Positions 24,487 through 32,066 of a DNA stretch of 32,066 bases are shown in pieces; the stretch's first letter is position 1, and each line of letters starts with the position of its first letter. The DNA is from a virus (Duplodnaviria; Caudoviricetes). Under the pieces are notes generated by a model. It searched no databases, was not told the DNA's origin, and was given only the letters and a program-made list of their open reading frames with translations. Made by a program: the position numbers and the translations under genes. The DNA lies in the IMG/VR virus record IMGVR_UViG_3300031227_000246, positions 1-32,066 of that record. One strand, 5' to 3'.

Positions 24487-24968
24487 TGGCACAAATCCTA
24501 AATGGTATCCACAGAAGCATCGAGGCGGGCAGCTACGCGGTGGATGTTGGCGTGTTTCGCCACGCTTCCAGCACCTATGATTTCAGCGTTTCGGGTGGGG
24601 CACAGAAAGCCTACACGGTATTCAGCGTGTCTGGCGACATTGTACTCTGCATCGTGGGCCTGTGTCAAACGCTGATGGACTCGGGCGGCGCGGCCACTAT
24701 TGAGCTGGGCATCACCGGCAACACGGCGGCGCTGATCGCACAGACCACGGCCACCGACCTGGACGCTTACGAGACCTGGCAGGACGCAGTACCAGAGCCG
24801 AATCCTGGCGTCATCGACCTGTTTGGCGGCTCGCGTCAATTCGTCGTGGCGAACGGGTCCGACATCATTCTGACTGTGGCGACGGCTGACCTGACCGTTG
24901 GCGTGATCGACTTCCATGCGTTTTGGCTGCCATTGTCGGCAGGTGGGAGTTTGGTGTCTAGCTTATGA
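24486..24968 (+). CDS. Putative virion structural protein (paralog of 20540-20995)
   Basis: TVFSVSGDIVLCIVG and GVIDFHAFWLPLSAGGSLV. Confidence 0.75.
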   Translation: MAQILNGIHRSIEAGSYAVDVGVFRHASSTYDFSVSGGAQKAYTVFSVSGDIVLCIVGLCQTLMDSGGAATIELGITGNTAALIAQTTATDLDAYETWQDAVPEPNPGVIDLFGGSRQFVVANGSDIILTVATADLTVGVIDFHAFWLPLSAGGSLVSSL

Positions 24969-25678
24969 GTGTACAGATTATTCGTGGTCCACGTGACGTG
25001 CCTACTTTTGGTGCTATGGATTCGCTAAAGATACATAGCGACAAAGGGCAGGATGCTGCAAGTTGGTCTGATTGGTTCGATTATTACTGGCGATTCAAAG
25101 GGGCAGCCAGTTACGTAGCATCCAAAACGGATTTGCTATCAGGTCAGCTCCTTGTCCCTTTCGGCGGCGTTGCGGAGCCTGGATGGAACGCCGGTCAGGG
25201 ATTGACATTTACCCTTGCCACGGAGGCGCTTGACACTCAACTAGTGCCAGCTTCTACGTGGTCCATGATGGTTCAGTTTGCGAGTATTCCGGCAACTGCC
25301 GTGGGCAACATGAATATGGTGGCGGGTTCACAGTCAGCAGGTAGTACTCAGCTTTACTGCTGGCCGCGTAATAACGCAGGTGGGCTGAATAGATATACCT
25401 ATGGTCATGGCGCAAGCGCTAATTCAGCCAATGGTCTGTGGTTTGGTGATGGGAATATGTGTGTTGTTCCAACGCAGGGATACAGGGATGGTGTGGCCGA
25501 CCTGGCCATTGGGGCCTGGGTTGGAATAGCATCGAATACAGTGGCTATTGGTGCGCACAACAGCGGGGTGATTGCGTTTCCAGTGCTAGGCGGTAGTATA
25601 ACGGCGGTCGGGATTAAGACGACAGCCATGATGCCTGCGCAGATTGCTCTGGCACACGCGGCAATGGCAGCACTTTAG
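24965..25678 (+). CDS. Putative ConA/LamG-like virion or receptor-binding protein
   Basis: YYWRFK...GLTF...WSMMVQF...YRDGV...VAIGA...GSITAVGI...AMMPAQIAL follows a LamG-like pattern. DNA is visibly more AT-rich than its flanks. Confidence 0.55.
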   Translation: MSVQIIRGPRDVPTFGAMDSLKIHSDKGQDAASWSDWFDYYWRFKGAASYVASKTDLLSGQLLVPFGGVAEPGWNAGQGLTFTLATEALDTQLVPASTWSMMVQFASIPATAVGNMNMVAGSQSAGSTQLYCWPRNNAGGLNRYTYGHGASANSANGLWFGDGNMCVVPTQGYRDGVADLAIGAWVGIASNTVAIGAHNSGVIAFPVLGGSITAVGIKTTAMMPAQIALAHAAMAAL

Positions 25679-25729
25679 CAGCATGTGGCTAAGGGGCGAC
25701 AAATAAGTTTCAACATTTAGGAGGCAGTA

Positions 25730-25972
25730 ATGGCAACAACGGCACAGATGGAAGCGATTGCAGACATCATTCTGGAAGAGTTTGACAGCGATCCGGGCCT
25801 ATTCCGGTCGTCACTGAAGCGGCTGAGGCTAGAGGCAGAACTGGCCGCGTTGGAATCTGCGGCGCGGAACATTCAGGCGAGCCAAGACGCTGACAATGTT
25901 GCGTTCTCTGCTGACATGGTAGCGAATGCAGAGGCGCGGGCAGTGAAACAGAGCGAAATCGACGGGCTGTAG
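25730..25972 (+). CDS. Small helical/coiled-coil protein
   Basis: AGGAGG SD; Ala/Glu-rich helices. Confidence 0.75.
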   Translation: MATTAQMEAIADIILEEFDSDPGLFRSSLKRLRLEAELAALESAARNIQASQDADNVAFSADMVANAEARAVKQSEIDGL

Positions 25973-25982
25973 GGAGTAGCAC

Positions 25983-26939
25983 ATGGCGAACACGGTTGCC
26001 GTAGTTGGGAGTACCTTTACTTTTGGTATCTGGCTATGGGCTGATGCTACTACGATTCAGTCCAATCCAACCATTGACGCTGCGAACGATTTTCGTATGA
26101 CCACCAATGGCGGGGCGTATGACACACTGGATAATGATCCTACCGCGACTCCTGCTTCCGGGAAACGGGTTCAGGTTGTTGTCTCAGCCGCCGAAACAAC
26201 CGCCGCTGGCGCGGGTGGGAACATCTGCATTGAGTGGGCAGACAACTCAGGCGCCGAGTGGTTGGAAGGTCAGGCTGAGCTTATTGTCCACGCTGCCAAC
26301 CTGGACAGCCTCGCCACGGCAACAGCGCTGGCGACGGTAGACACCAACGTTGACAGCATCCTGGCAGACACCGGCACCACTGGCGTGGTCCTGGCTGACA
26401 ACGCCATTACAGCAGCCAAAATCGCCACGGATGCGATCACCGACGACGAACTGGCAGCGACGGCAACGGCTGAAATTGGGACGGCGGTCTGGGCCTCTGC
26501 TACCAGGACGCTGACACAGAGCGGGGTGAGTGTCGCGGCGGCGGTGGCTGGTGGACTCATCACCATCCACAGAGGCGACAGCCTGAGCGCCAGCCTAACC
26601 GACTTGGGCGACATCAGCGGGCGGTCCAAATTGTGGTTCACGGTGAAAAGTGACCGGGACGACGTTGACACCGCCAGCATCATCCAAATTGAGGAATCGG
26701 CGGGCCTGGTCTACATAAACGGCGCGGCGGCAGGCACGGCAGCGAAAGGAAGCATCACTGTGAGCGATGAGGACGACGGGGATCTTACCATTGCCCTGGA
26801 CGAAACGGAGACAGACGACCTGACCGAAAACAGCGGTCTCTACTACGACGTGCAAATGCTCACCGCTGCCGGGGCCGTGACCACGTTGACCGACGGCCCA
26901 GCACGGGTGACACTGGATGTGACCAGGGCGGTGGCATAA
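25983..26939 (+). CDS. Virion protein with C-terminal BppU-N-like Ig domain
   Basis: ITIHRGDS...LWFTVK...YYDVQM...VTLDVTR pattern and an LADNAITAAKIATDAIT fibre-type repeat. Confidence 0.65.
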   Translation: MANTVAVVGSTFTFGIWLWADATTIQSNPTIDAANDFRMTTNGGAYDTLDNDPTATPASGKRVQVVVSAAETTAAGAGGNICIEWADNSGAEWLEGQAELIVHAANLDSLATATALATVDTNVDSILADTGTTGVVLADNAITAAKIATDAITDDELAATATAEIGTAVWASATRTLTQSGVSVAAAVAGGLITIHRGDSLSASLTDLGDISGRSKLWFTVKSDRDDVDTASIIQIEESAGLVYINGAAAGTAAKGSITVSDEDDGDLTIALDETETDDLTENSGLYYDVQMLTAAGAVTTLTDGPARVTLDVTRAVA

Positions 26940-27526
26940 TGGCGAATATGTATGCAAGTCTGCACGAGTACAAATTGTACCGGGGCATTGCCGCCACAGA
27001 AACCGACGATGACGCGCTGTTGACGGCGCTGCTGAGAACGGCAACCCGATCTATTGAAACCCATTGCCATCGCGTGTTTAAGGCGGAGACTGATACCCGC
27101 TACTACGAGAGCGATGCCCTGGACAATGACGGCCAGACGCTACACGTGGACCGCGACCTGCTGACCATCACGGAATTGCTGAATGGCGACAGCGACGAAA
27201 CAGAGATAGAGAGCACGGAATACTGGCTGGTGCATCGCAACTATGGCCCGCCGTACCGTGGCATCCGGCTTAAATCGACATCAACGACCAACTGGGAGTT
27301 TGACACCGACTATTGGGTCAACGTGACGGGCACATGGGGTTACAGCACCACACCGCCGGATGACATCAAGCAAGCCTGCCTGCGTTGGTGCAACTACCTG
27401 TACGACCAGAAAGACGCCGCCATATATGACGTGACGGTATTTCCCGAGAGTGGCATTATCACCACGCCACAGGGGATGCCGGCTGACGTGCGCTTATTGC
27501 TCCAATCCTACAGGAAACGGGTATAA
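26939..27526 (+). CDS. Head-tail connector/adaptor (gp6/gp15-like)
   Basis: YASLHEYKLY...DDDALL..LL..ATRSIETHC and VTGTWGY...PDDIKQACL. Confidence 0.85.
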   Translation: MANMYASLHEYKLYRGIAATETDDDALLTALLRTATRSIETHCHRVFKAETDTRYYESDALDNDGQTLHVDRDLLTITELLNGDSDETEIESTEYWLVHRNYGPPYRGIRLKSTSTTNWEFDTDYWVNVTGTWGYSTTPPDDIKQACLRWCNYLYDQKDAAIYDVTVFPESGIITTPQGMPADVRLLLQSYRKRV

Positions 27527-27528
27527 CC

Positions 27529-27927
27529 ATGGCAACCTCATTCGCTACATTTTACGACGCGTTCAAAGACCTGGAGGTAACGGGCGTCACCAGCCTGGAT
27601 GAACCGCCGCTGTCGGTGCCCACGGCACAAATCCCGTGCAAGTGGGTGGACATCGCAGGCATGGACGGCGGACCGTTCATGGCCAAGTCTATCGGCGGCT
27701 GGCCTACACTCAAGGCGCGGGTCGTGGTGCTGATGGAACCGATAGGCCAAAACCGCAATGAGAACCGCTGGAGTGATGCGCTGGCAATGATGGACACGCT
27801 GAACGACGCAATCACAGGCATGACCAGGCCATGTGCGGGCCACCTGTCATGGTCAATAGGCTGCGAACCGAATTTCGCAGGAGACAAATACTTCGCCGTG
27901 GTCGCCACGGTCGAAGGGGAGGGCTAG
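27529..27927 (+). CDS. Tail terminator/completion-like protein
   Basis: 132 aa alpha/beta protein after the connector; called by position. Confidence 0.55.
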   Translation: MATSFATFYDAFKDLEVTGVTSLDEPPLSVPTAQIPCKWVDIAGMDGGPFMAKSIGGWPTLKARVVVLMEPIGQNRNENRWSDALAMMDTLNDAITGMTRPCAGHLSWSIGCEPNFAGDKYFAVVATVEGEG

Positions 27928-27930
27928 ACA

Positions 27931-29109
27931 ATGGCAAACACACCAAATGTCACGCTTGTTTCGGTGGTCAGAGTTTACGACGCTGACACCACATCGACGG
28001 CCTACATCGAAATCATCACGAACGACAGCGCACCGGACGGGGCAAGCGATCCGTGGTCAAGCGCACCAAAAGGCAGCTTGCACATCCACGGCGGCACTTC
28101 CGGGGGCGCCACGGATGACTATTCTGCCCTGTACCAGAAAGTCGATGACGGGGTAGGGTCTGATGACGAATGGGTGAGATTCATTGTGGACAAAAGCGCG
28201 GTAGCCACATCGCTGGCGGCCGCGTTGACGATGAGCACCGACACCCCGCTCTATTTCAGGGACTCGGGGCAAGTGATCTACAGTTCGGCGGCCAACGTGG
28301 GCAACATCGCTGTAGGTGCAGCGGCTGACGTGTGGCGCATCGGGGCCGCGGCAACCAACTACTGGGAAGTGGACTACACCGGGCAGCTCACACCAGCGGG
28401 CAGCGCAGAGTTGGACCTGGTAGGGCAGACCATCTTCTTTGACGATTTCAACACCTACCAGACGTGGGTAGAGGCTGAGACACCCTGGATTCTGAACAGT
28501 GGCAACGACGCGCAGGCCATCGACCCGGCCATCAGCAGCGCAGAGAATGGCGTGATGCTGCTGACCACCGGCGACAATGACGGGACCGCGGCAGAGGACG
28601 CGGTCCAGGCAGTCTATCATGTGCCTGTCCAGGCTGACAGTGGCGGGCTTGTGGTTCAGGGGCGATTGCACATCAACACCGCGATCACCGACGTGTCCGT
28701 ATTCGTGGGCCTGACCGACATTACCACGCTAGAGGAACCGTTCACCAATGCGGCAGACTCTATCACATCCCACGCCAGCGATGCGGTGGGGTTTCTTTTC
28801 GATGATGGCGCCACGACGAAAGAATGGTGGATGTGCGCGGTCGATGGCGATTCGGACGACGCCGGCAACGCAACCTCGGTCGTTGCACCTGTAGCCGACA
28901 CCTACCAGAAGTTCAGAATCGAGATCCCTGCCGATGGCGCAACCGGCATCCTGTTCTACATCAACGATGCGCTGGTAGGGACATTCACCGGGTCGTTTGG
29001 TGTGTCGCCCGACGTGAATCTGTACCTAACGGTTGTGGCCTGTGGCGATGGCACGTCCAGCAAAACCGTTGACGTGGACTATCTGAGCGTCAAGCATACC
29101 AGAAGCTAG
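27931..29109 (+). CDS. Putative virion fibre/decoration protein; C-terminal domain related to the 22673/23405 paralogs
   Basis: APKGSLH fibre-like N-terminal motif. GVMLLTTGDND, VFVGLTD and FYINDALVG echo the paralogs. Confidence 0.7.
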   Translation: MANTPNVTLVSVVRVYDADTTSTAYIEIITNDSAPDGASDPWSSAPKGSLHIHGGTSGGATDDYSALYQKVDDGVGSDDEWVRFIVDKSAVATSLAAALTMSTDTPLYFRDSGQVIYSSAANVGNIAVGAAADVWRIGAAATNYWEVDYTGQLTPAGSAELDLVGQTIFFDDFNTYQTWVEAETPWILNSGNDAQAIDPAISSAENGVMLLTTGDNDGTAAEDAVQAVYHVPVQADSGGLVVQGRLHINTAITDVSVFVGLTDITTLEEPFTNAADSITSHASDAVGFLFDDGATTKEWWMCAVDGDSDDAGNATSVVAPVADTYQKFRIEIPADGATGILFYINDALVGTFTGSFGVSPDVNLYLTVVACGDGTSSKTVDVDYLSVKHTRS

Positions 29110-29147
29110 GGTGTGAATTGCCCCCGAGTGGGGCAGAAAGGTAGAAA

Positions 29148-29888
29148 ATGACTGGATCATTCGGCAAAATCGCAGTGGGCGTGCCCTATTACAAAGGCGT
29201 TCCCGAGTTCTGGCTTTCGTGGACTATGATGCTGGTGCAAGGTCAGTTCCAACCTGGGGACCGGGTGCTGAACACGCTGGGGCCCGACGGCAGGCCCAAC
29301 ATCGAAATGGGGGTAAGGCTACCCCTGGCGCACAACAAGATCATCAGGGAATTTCTATTGACGGACTGTGACACGCTCTGCATTATCGAGGATGACCACG
29401 GGTTCCGAGCTGACCAGCTGAACCGGATGCGATTCAAACCGGCGAACCAGGAATTTGACATCGTGTGTGCCGATTACGTCAACCGCCGGGTAGATGCCAG
29501 GATGCAACCCTGTGGCTGGTGGATGCCAGAAACGGTAGAATCTAGAGGCGGGTACATGGCAGGAATCTGGCTGAATCGCTACGAGAGAACGGGGACGCAG
29601 GCGGTAGACGGCGCGGCGTTTGGGTTCTCTCTGCATCGGCGCTGGGTGCTAGAGGCCATGTGCGGCGACAATGACCCCGAGGAGTTTATGTGGGCCGATT
29701 GCGTCCGAGGATGCAGTCCGGATATGCCGTTTTACTACCAGGCTCACGACGTCGGGGCAACCGTGGGCGTAGACCGCGACAATGGGGTGATCCATGTGGG
29801 CAGCTACAGGTACAGCGTGGCCGACGGCTGGGCCTGGCTGGATGAACAACTGGAACGATTGGGGCAGGAACAAAACACGGAGGGCTAG
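29148..29888 (+). CDS. Glycosyltransferase, GT2-like (paralog of the C-terminal domain of 21026-22645)
   Basis: SFGKIAVGVPYYK, HNKIIREFLLTDCDTLCIIEDDH, FDIVCADYVNRR, RTGTQAVDGAA and VGVDRD are shared. Confidence 0.8.
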   Translation: MTGSFGKIAVGVPYYKGVPEFWLSWTMMLVQGQFQPGDRVLNTLGPDGRPNIEMGVRLPLAHNKIIREFLLTDCDTLCIIEDDHGFRADQLNRMRFKPANQEFDIVCADYVNRRVDARMQPCGWWMPETVESRGGYMAGIWLNRYERTGTQAVDGAAFGFSLHRRWVLEAMCGDNDPEEFMWADCVRGCSPDMPFYYQAHDVGATVGVDRDNGVIHVGSYRYSVADGWAWLDEQLERLGQEQNTEG

Positions 29889-29891
29889 AAA

Positions 29892-30314
29892 ATGGCGCAA
29901 TTGAGTGGTATAGACCTGTATGTCGAGTACGGCGGCACCGACATCAGCGGCACCGGGAGATCGGTGGATCTCAATGAGGACAAAGGCGAATCCGAGAAGA
30001 TCGACATCACCCACAAGGGGGATACGTCCCGGCAGCAGGTTTTGGGCTTCCAGGGGCCGTCCAACACCAGCGTAACGCTGACGGTGCTTTATGACTCGGG
30101 CGGAACGGATGTCATCGCCGCGTTGACGATGGGTGACAAGCAAACGCTAAACGTCTGCCCGACCGGGCACACCGCCGGGTTGGACCTGTGGGAATGCACC
30201 ACGATGGAGCTGATTAGCCGGTCGTTCACCGAGCCGTATGATGGCGCAATTGAGTGGACGGTTGGGTTCAACTCTGTTGACGCGGTGACGTACACGACCT
30301 ATTCGACTGCATAG
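29892..30314 (+). CDS. Major tail (tube) protein
   Basis: 140 aa with IDITHKGD and EPYDGAIEWTVGF; sits before the chaperones and tape measure. Confidence 0.8.
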   Translation: MAQLSGIDLYVEYGGTDISGTGRSVDLNEDKGESEKIDITHKGDTSRQQVLGFQGPSNTSVTLTVLYDSGGTDVIAALTMGDKQTLNVCPTGHTAGLDLWECTTMELISRSFTEPYDGAIEWTVGFNSVDAVTYTTYSTA

Positions 30315-30333
30315 AAAGGCGGTAGACGACGAA

Positions 30334-30714
30334 ATGGGCTTAATACTCCCGAGATTGACCAGAGATGTGGATTGCGAGGGAATGGGCTATCCTGGCATCG
30401 TGCTGACGTTCTGGCTGAATGTGGATGATGAGAAATGGACACCGCCACAAAAACCAGAGCCGCCGGATGATGAGGGATGGGAGGCAGACCCGTGGGACAG
30501 ATACGCCTACTGGGAAATGTCGCGCAAGATCGATCAGGTAGCCGTCCCTGCCGAATATCTTGATGACAGCAGCGTGGATGTCATCTATGAGATTTTGGAC
30601 TGTGAGGCGGCCTACGACCTGGCGAATGGCGAGTTCTCTGACATCCTGCTGTGGGCTGTCAGTGCGTATGCGCAACAGCGCAACGAGTGGTTGACTAGCG
30701 CCGTAAAAAACTAG
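30334..30714 (+). CDS. Tail assembly chaperone (lambda G-like)
   Basis: Lies between tail tube and tape measure; ends GTA AAA AAC TAG at a slippery site. Confidence 0.8.
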   Translation: MGLILPRLTRDVDCEGMGYPGIVLTFWLNVDDEKWTPPQKPEPPDDEGWEADPWDRYAYWEMSRKIDQVAVPAEYLDDSSVDVIYEILDCEAAYDLANGEFSDILLWAVSAYAQQRNEWLTSAVKN

Positions 30715-30935
30715 AACGGCGGGTCGGGCGATGGTGCGTAGCAGCACGCACGGGGGTGCAGTTTGACCCCCCTCCTGACCCGCCTGATCTGGCGGTTCTG
30801 CTGTGGCAAACCAAACTATTCAACCACTGGACTGGGGCGTCATTGTCACCTGAACAGGTAGCGGAATATGACCCGCTGGTCTTTCAGGTGATGGGCATGG
30901 TGGCACAGGGCATGGACCCGCCAAGGGTGAAGTAG
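30705..30935 (+). CDS. Tail assembly chaperone GT extension via -1 frameshift at A AAA AAC
   Basis: Heptamer at 30705-30711. The -1 frame is open for 74 codons (LERRVGRW...LSPEQVAEYDP...PRVK) and ends at TAG 30935, abutting the tape measure gene. Confidence 0.85.
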   Translation, partial: KKLERRVGRWCVAARTGVQFDPPPDPPDLAVLLWQTKLFNHWTGASLSPEQVAEYDPLVFQVMGMVAQGMDPPRVK

Positions 30936-32066
30936 TTGTCAATCTACAAACTGCTGATACAACTGATAGGCCAGGACAAGGGCGCAACGAGGTCGCTCAG
31001 AGGCGTGTCCAAGGAAGTCACGGGCCTGGAACGTCAAGCCAGTGGCCTGTCCAGCGCGTTGCAAATGGTGGGCGCGATGGGATTCGCCTACATGGGCAAG
31101 CAGGCCATCGAGGCCGTGTGGGGATTGGGCGAACTGGGCGCGGCTGCCATGCGTACCGAGGCCGCATTCAAAGACCTGGCGGCTGGTGCAGGAGGTTCTG
31201 CCTCTGACATCCTAAACGCTATCAAACGGGCTACAGGTGGCACTGTGTCAGAAATGGACGCGATGGCTGCCGCCAACAAGGGGATTCTGCTGGGCCTGGG
31301 GGCCAACGCCAAACAGTGGGAGGAACTGACAGATGTTGCCCGGTCGCGGGCGCGGGCGATGGGCTTGACGACCACGCAGGCGCTGAACGACATCACCACC
31401 GGCATCGGTCGCGAATCTCGGATGATTTTGGATAACCTCGGCATTGTCCTTGACATGGAACAGGTCATGGATGATTACGCCGAGAGTATTGGCAAAACCG
31501 CCAAACAGTTGGACGCCGCCGAGCGCAAACAGGCGATGTTGACCAGCGTCATCAGTACCGGGCGGGAGGAAATTGAGGCGGCGGGTGGGATTACTGACGA
31601 CTACAGTGATTCCATTGAACGTATGAACGCTGCATTGGAAGACCTGAAGGTTGCCGCAGGAGAGAAGGCGGCGCCTGCCGTAGGCTACCTGGCCGAACAG
31701 ATGACCGACCTGGTGGAAGGCACAGTCTGGGACGAGGCCATACAGGTACTAGGATTTCTTGCCCCGGCCGCACTCACTACTGCGCAGGCCTATGAAGAGC
31801 TGGCCGAGGCGCAGATGCTCTACAATCAGGCGTTGGCGCTGGGCATTGAGGATCAGTACGTGGGCCCCCTCAGGATGGCAGAAGCGGCCTACGAGGCTAC
31901 CGTGGGCCTGGAATCCCTGACCAGTGCACAGGCGGTCGTGTCTTCTGGCATGAAGGCGGTGGGGGAAGCGACAGCAGGGGCGGTCACGGAGTTGGATCCG
32001 TTCATCGCGGCGCTACAGAGATCGACGGATAGCGCCTGGGATATGTGGGGCGGGCTCAGGCAGGTG
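30936..32066 (+). CDS. Tape measure protein (N-terminal part, runs off window)
   Basis: TTG start MSIYKLLIQLIGQDKGATRSL..., Ala-rich helical sequence, ITTGIGRESRMILDNLGI. Confidence 0.9.
   Translation, partial: MSIYKLLIQLIGQDKGATRSLRGVSKEVTGLERQASGLSSALQMVGAMGFAYMGKQAIEAVWGLGELGAAAMRTEAAFKDLAAGAGGSASDILNAIKRATGGTVSEMDAMAAANKGILLGLGANAKQWEELTDVARSRARAMGLTTTQALNDITTGIGRESRMILDNLGIVLDMEQVMDDYAESIGKTAKQLDAAERKQAMLTSVISTGREEIEAAGGITDDYSDSIERMNAALEDLKVAAGEKAAPAVGYLAEQMTDLVEGTVWDEAIQVLGFLAPAALTTAQAYEELAEAQMLYNQALALGIEDQYVGPLRMAEAAYEATVGLESLTSAQAVVSSGMKAVGEATAGAVTELDPFIAALQRSTDSAWDMWGGLRQV

Larger units (their letters stand above)
1..32066. mobile_element. Tailed dsDNA phage/prophage genome segment (siphovirus-like, HK97-fold capsid)
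   Basis: Gene order terS-terL-portal-minor head-protease/MCP-connector-tail tube-chaperone with frameshift-tape measure. No integrase, att site or host genes in the window. Confidence 0.97.

Noticed and set aside
1-32066. Stop-codon reassignment or alternative genetic code
   Set aside because: Core genes are full length in code 11, and TAA, TAG and TGA all end genes at sensible positions. No suppressor tRNA.

Overview
This window is a segment of a GC-rich tailed dsDNA phage or prophage with siphovirus-type organisation. From 1 to about 3600 is a leftward cluster of small genes: a pentapeptide-repeat protein, three ribbon-helix-helix-like regulators and hypotheticals with repeated leader/terminator elements. 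Two back-to-back consensus sigma70 promoters (3599-3627 minus, 3755-3783 plus) separate it from a long rightward unit. That unit carries holin-like genes, a metallophosphoesterase, tRNA-His(GUG) and tRNA-Asp(GUC), terS, terL, portal, minor head protein, a protease-major capsid fusion, many putative decoration proteins, connector, tail tube, tail chaperones and the start of the tape measure gene. The most notable element is a compact queuosine/7-deazaguanine module just before terS. It comprises a ParB-N domain fused to a TGT/DpdA-like domain, a class-I preQ1 riboswitch overlapping the Shine-Dalgarno of a YhhQ preQ0/preQ1 transporter gene, and the two Q-family (GUN) tRNAs upstream. Also notable are three glycosyltransferase-like genes among the virion genes, one fused to a sulfotransferase and two preceded by a shared covarying RNA hairpin. 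A likely -1 frameshift joins the portal to the minor head protein. All family calls are from motif recognition; no searches were run.
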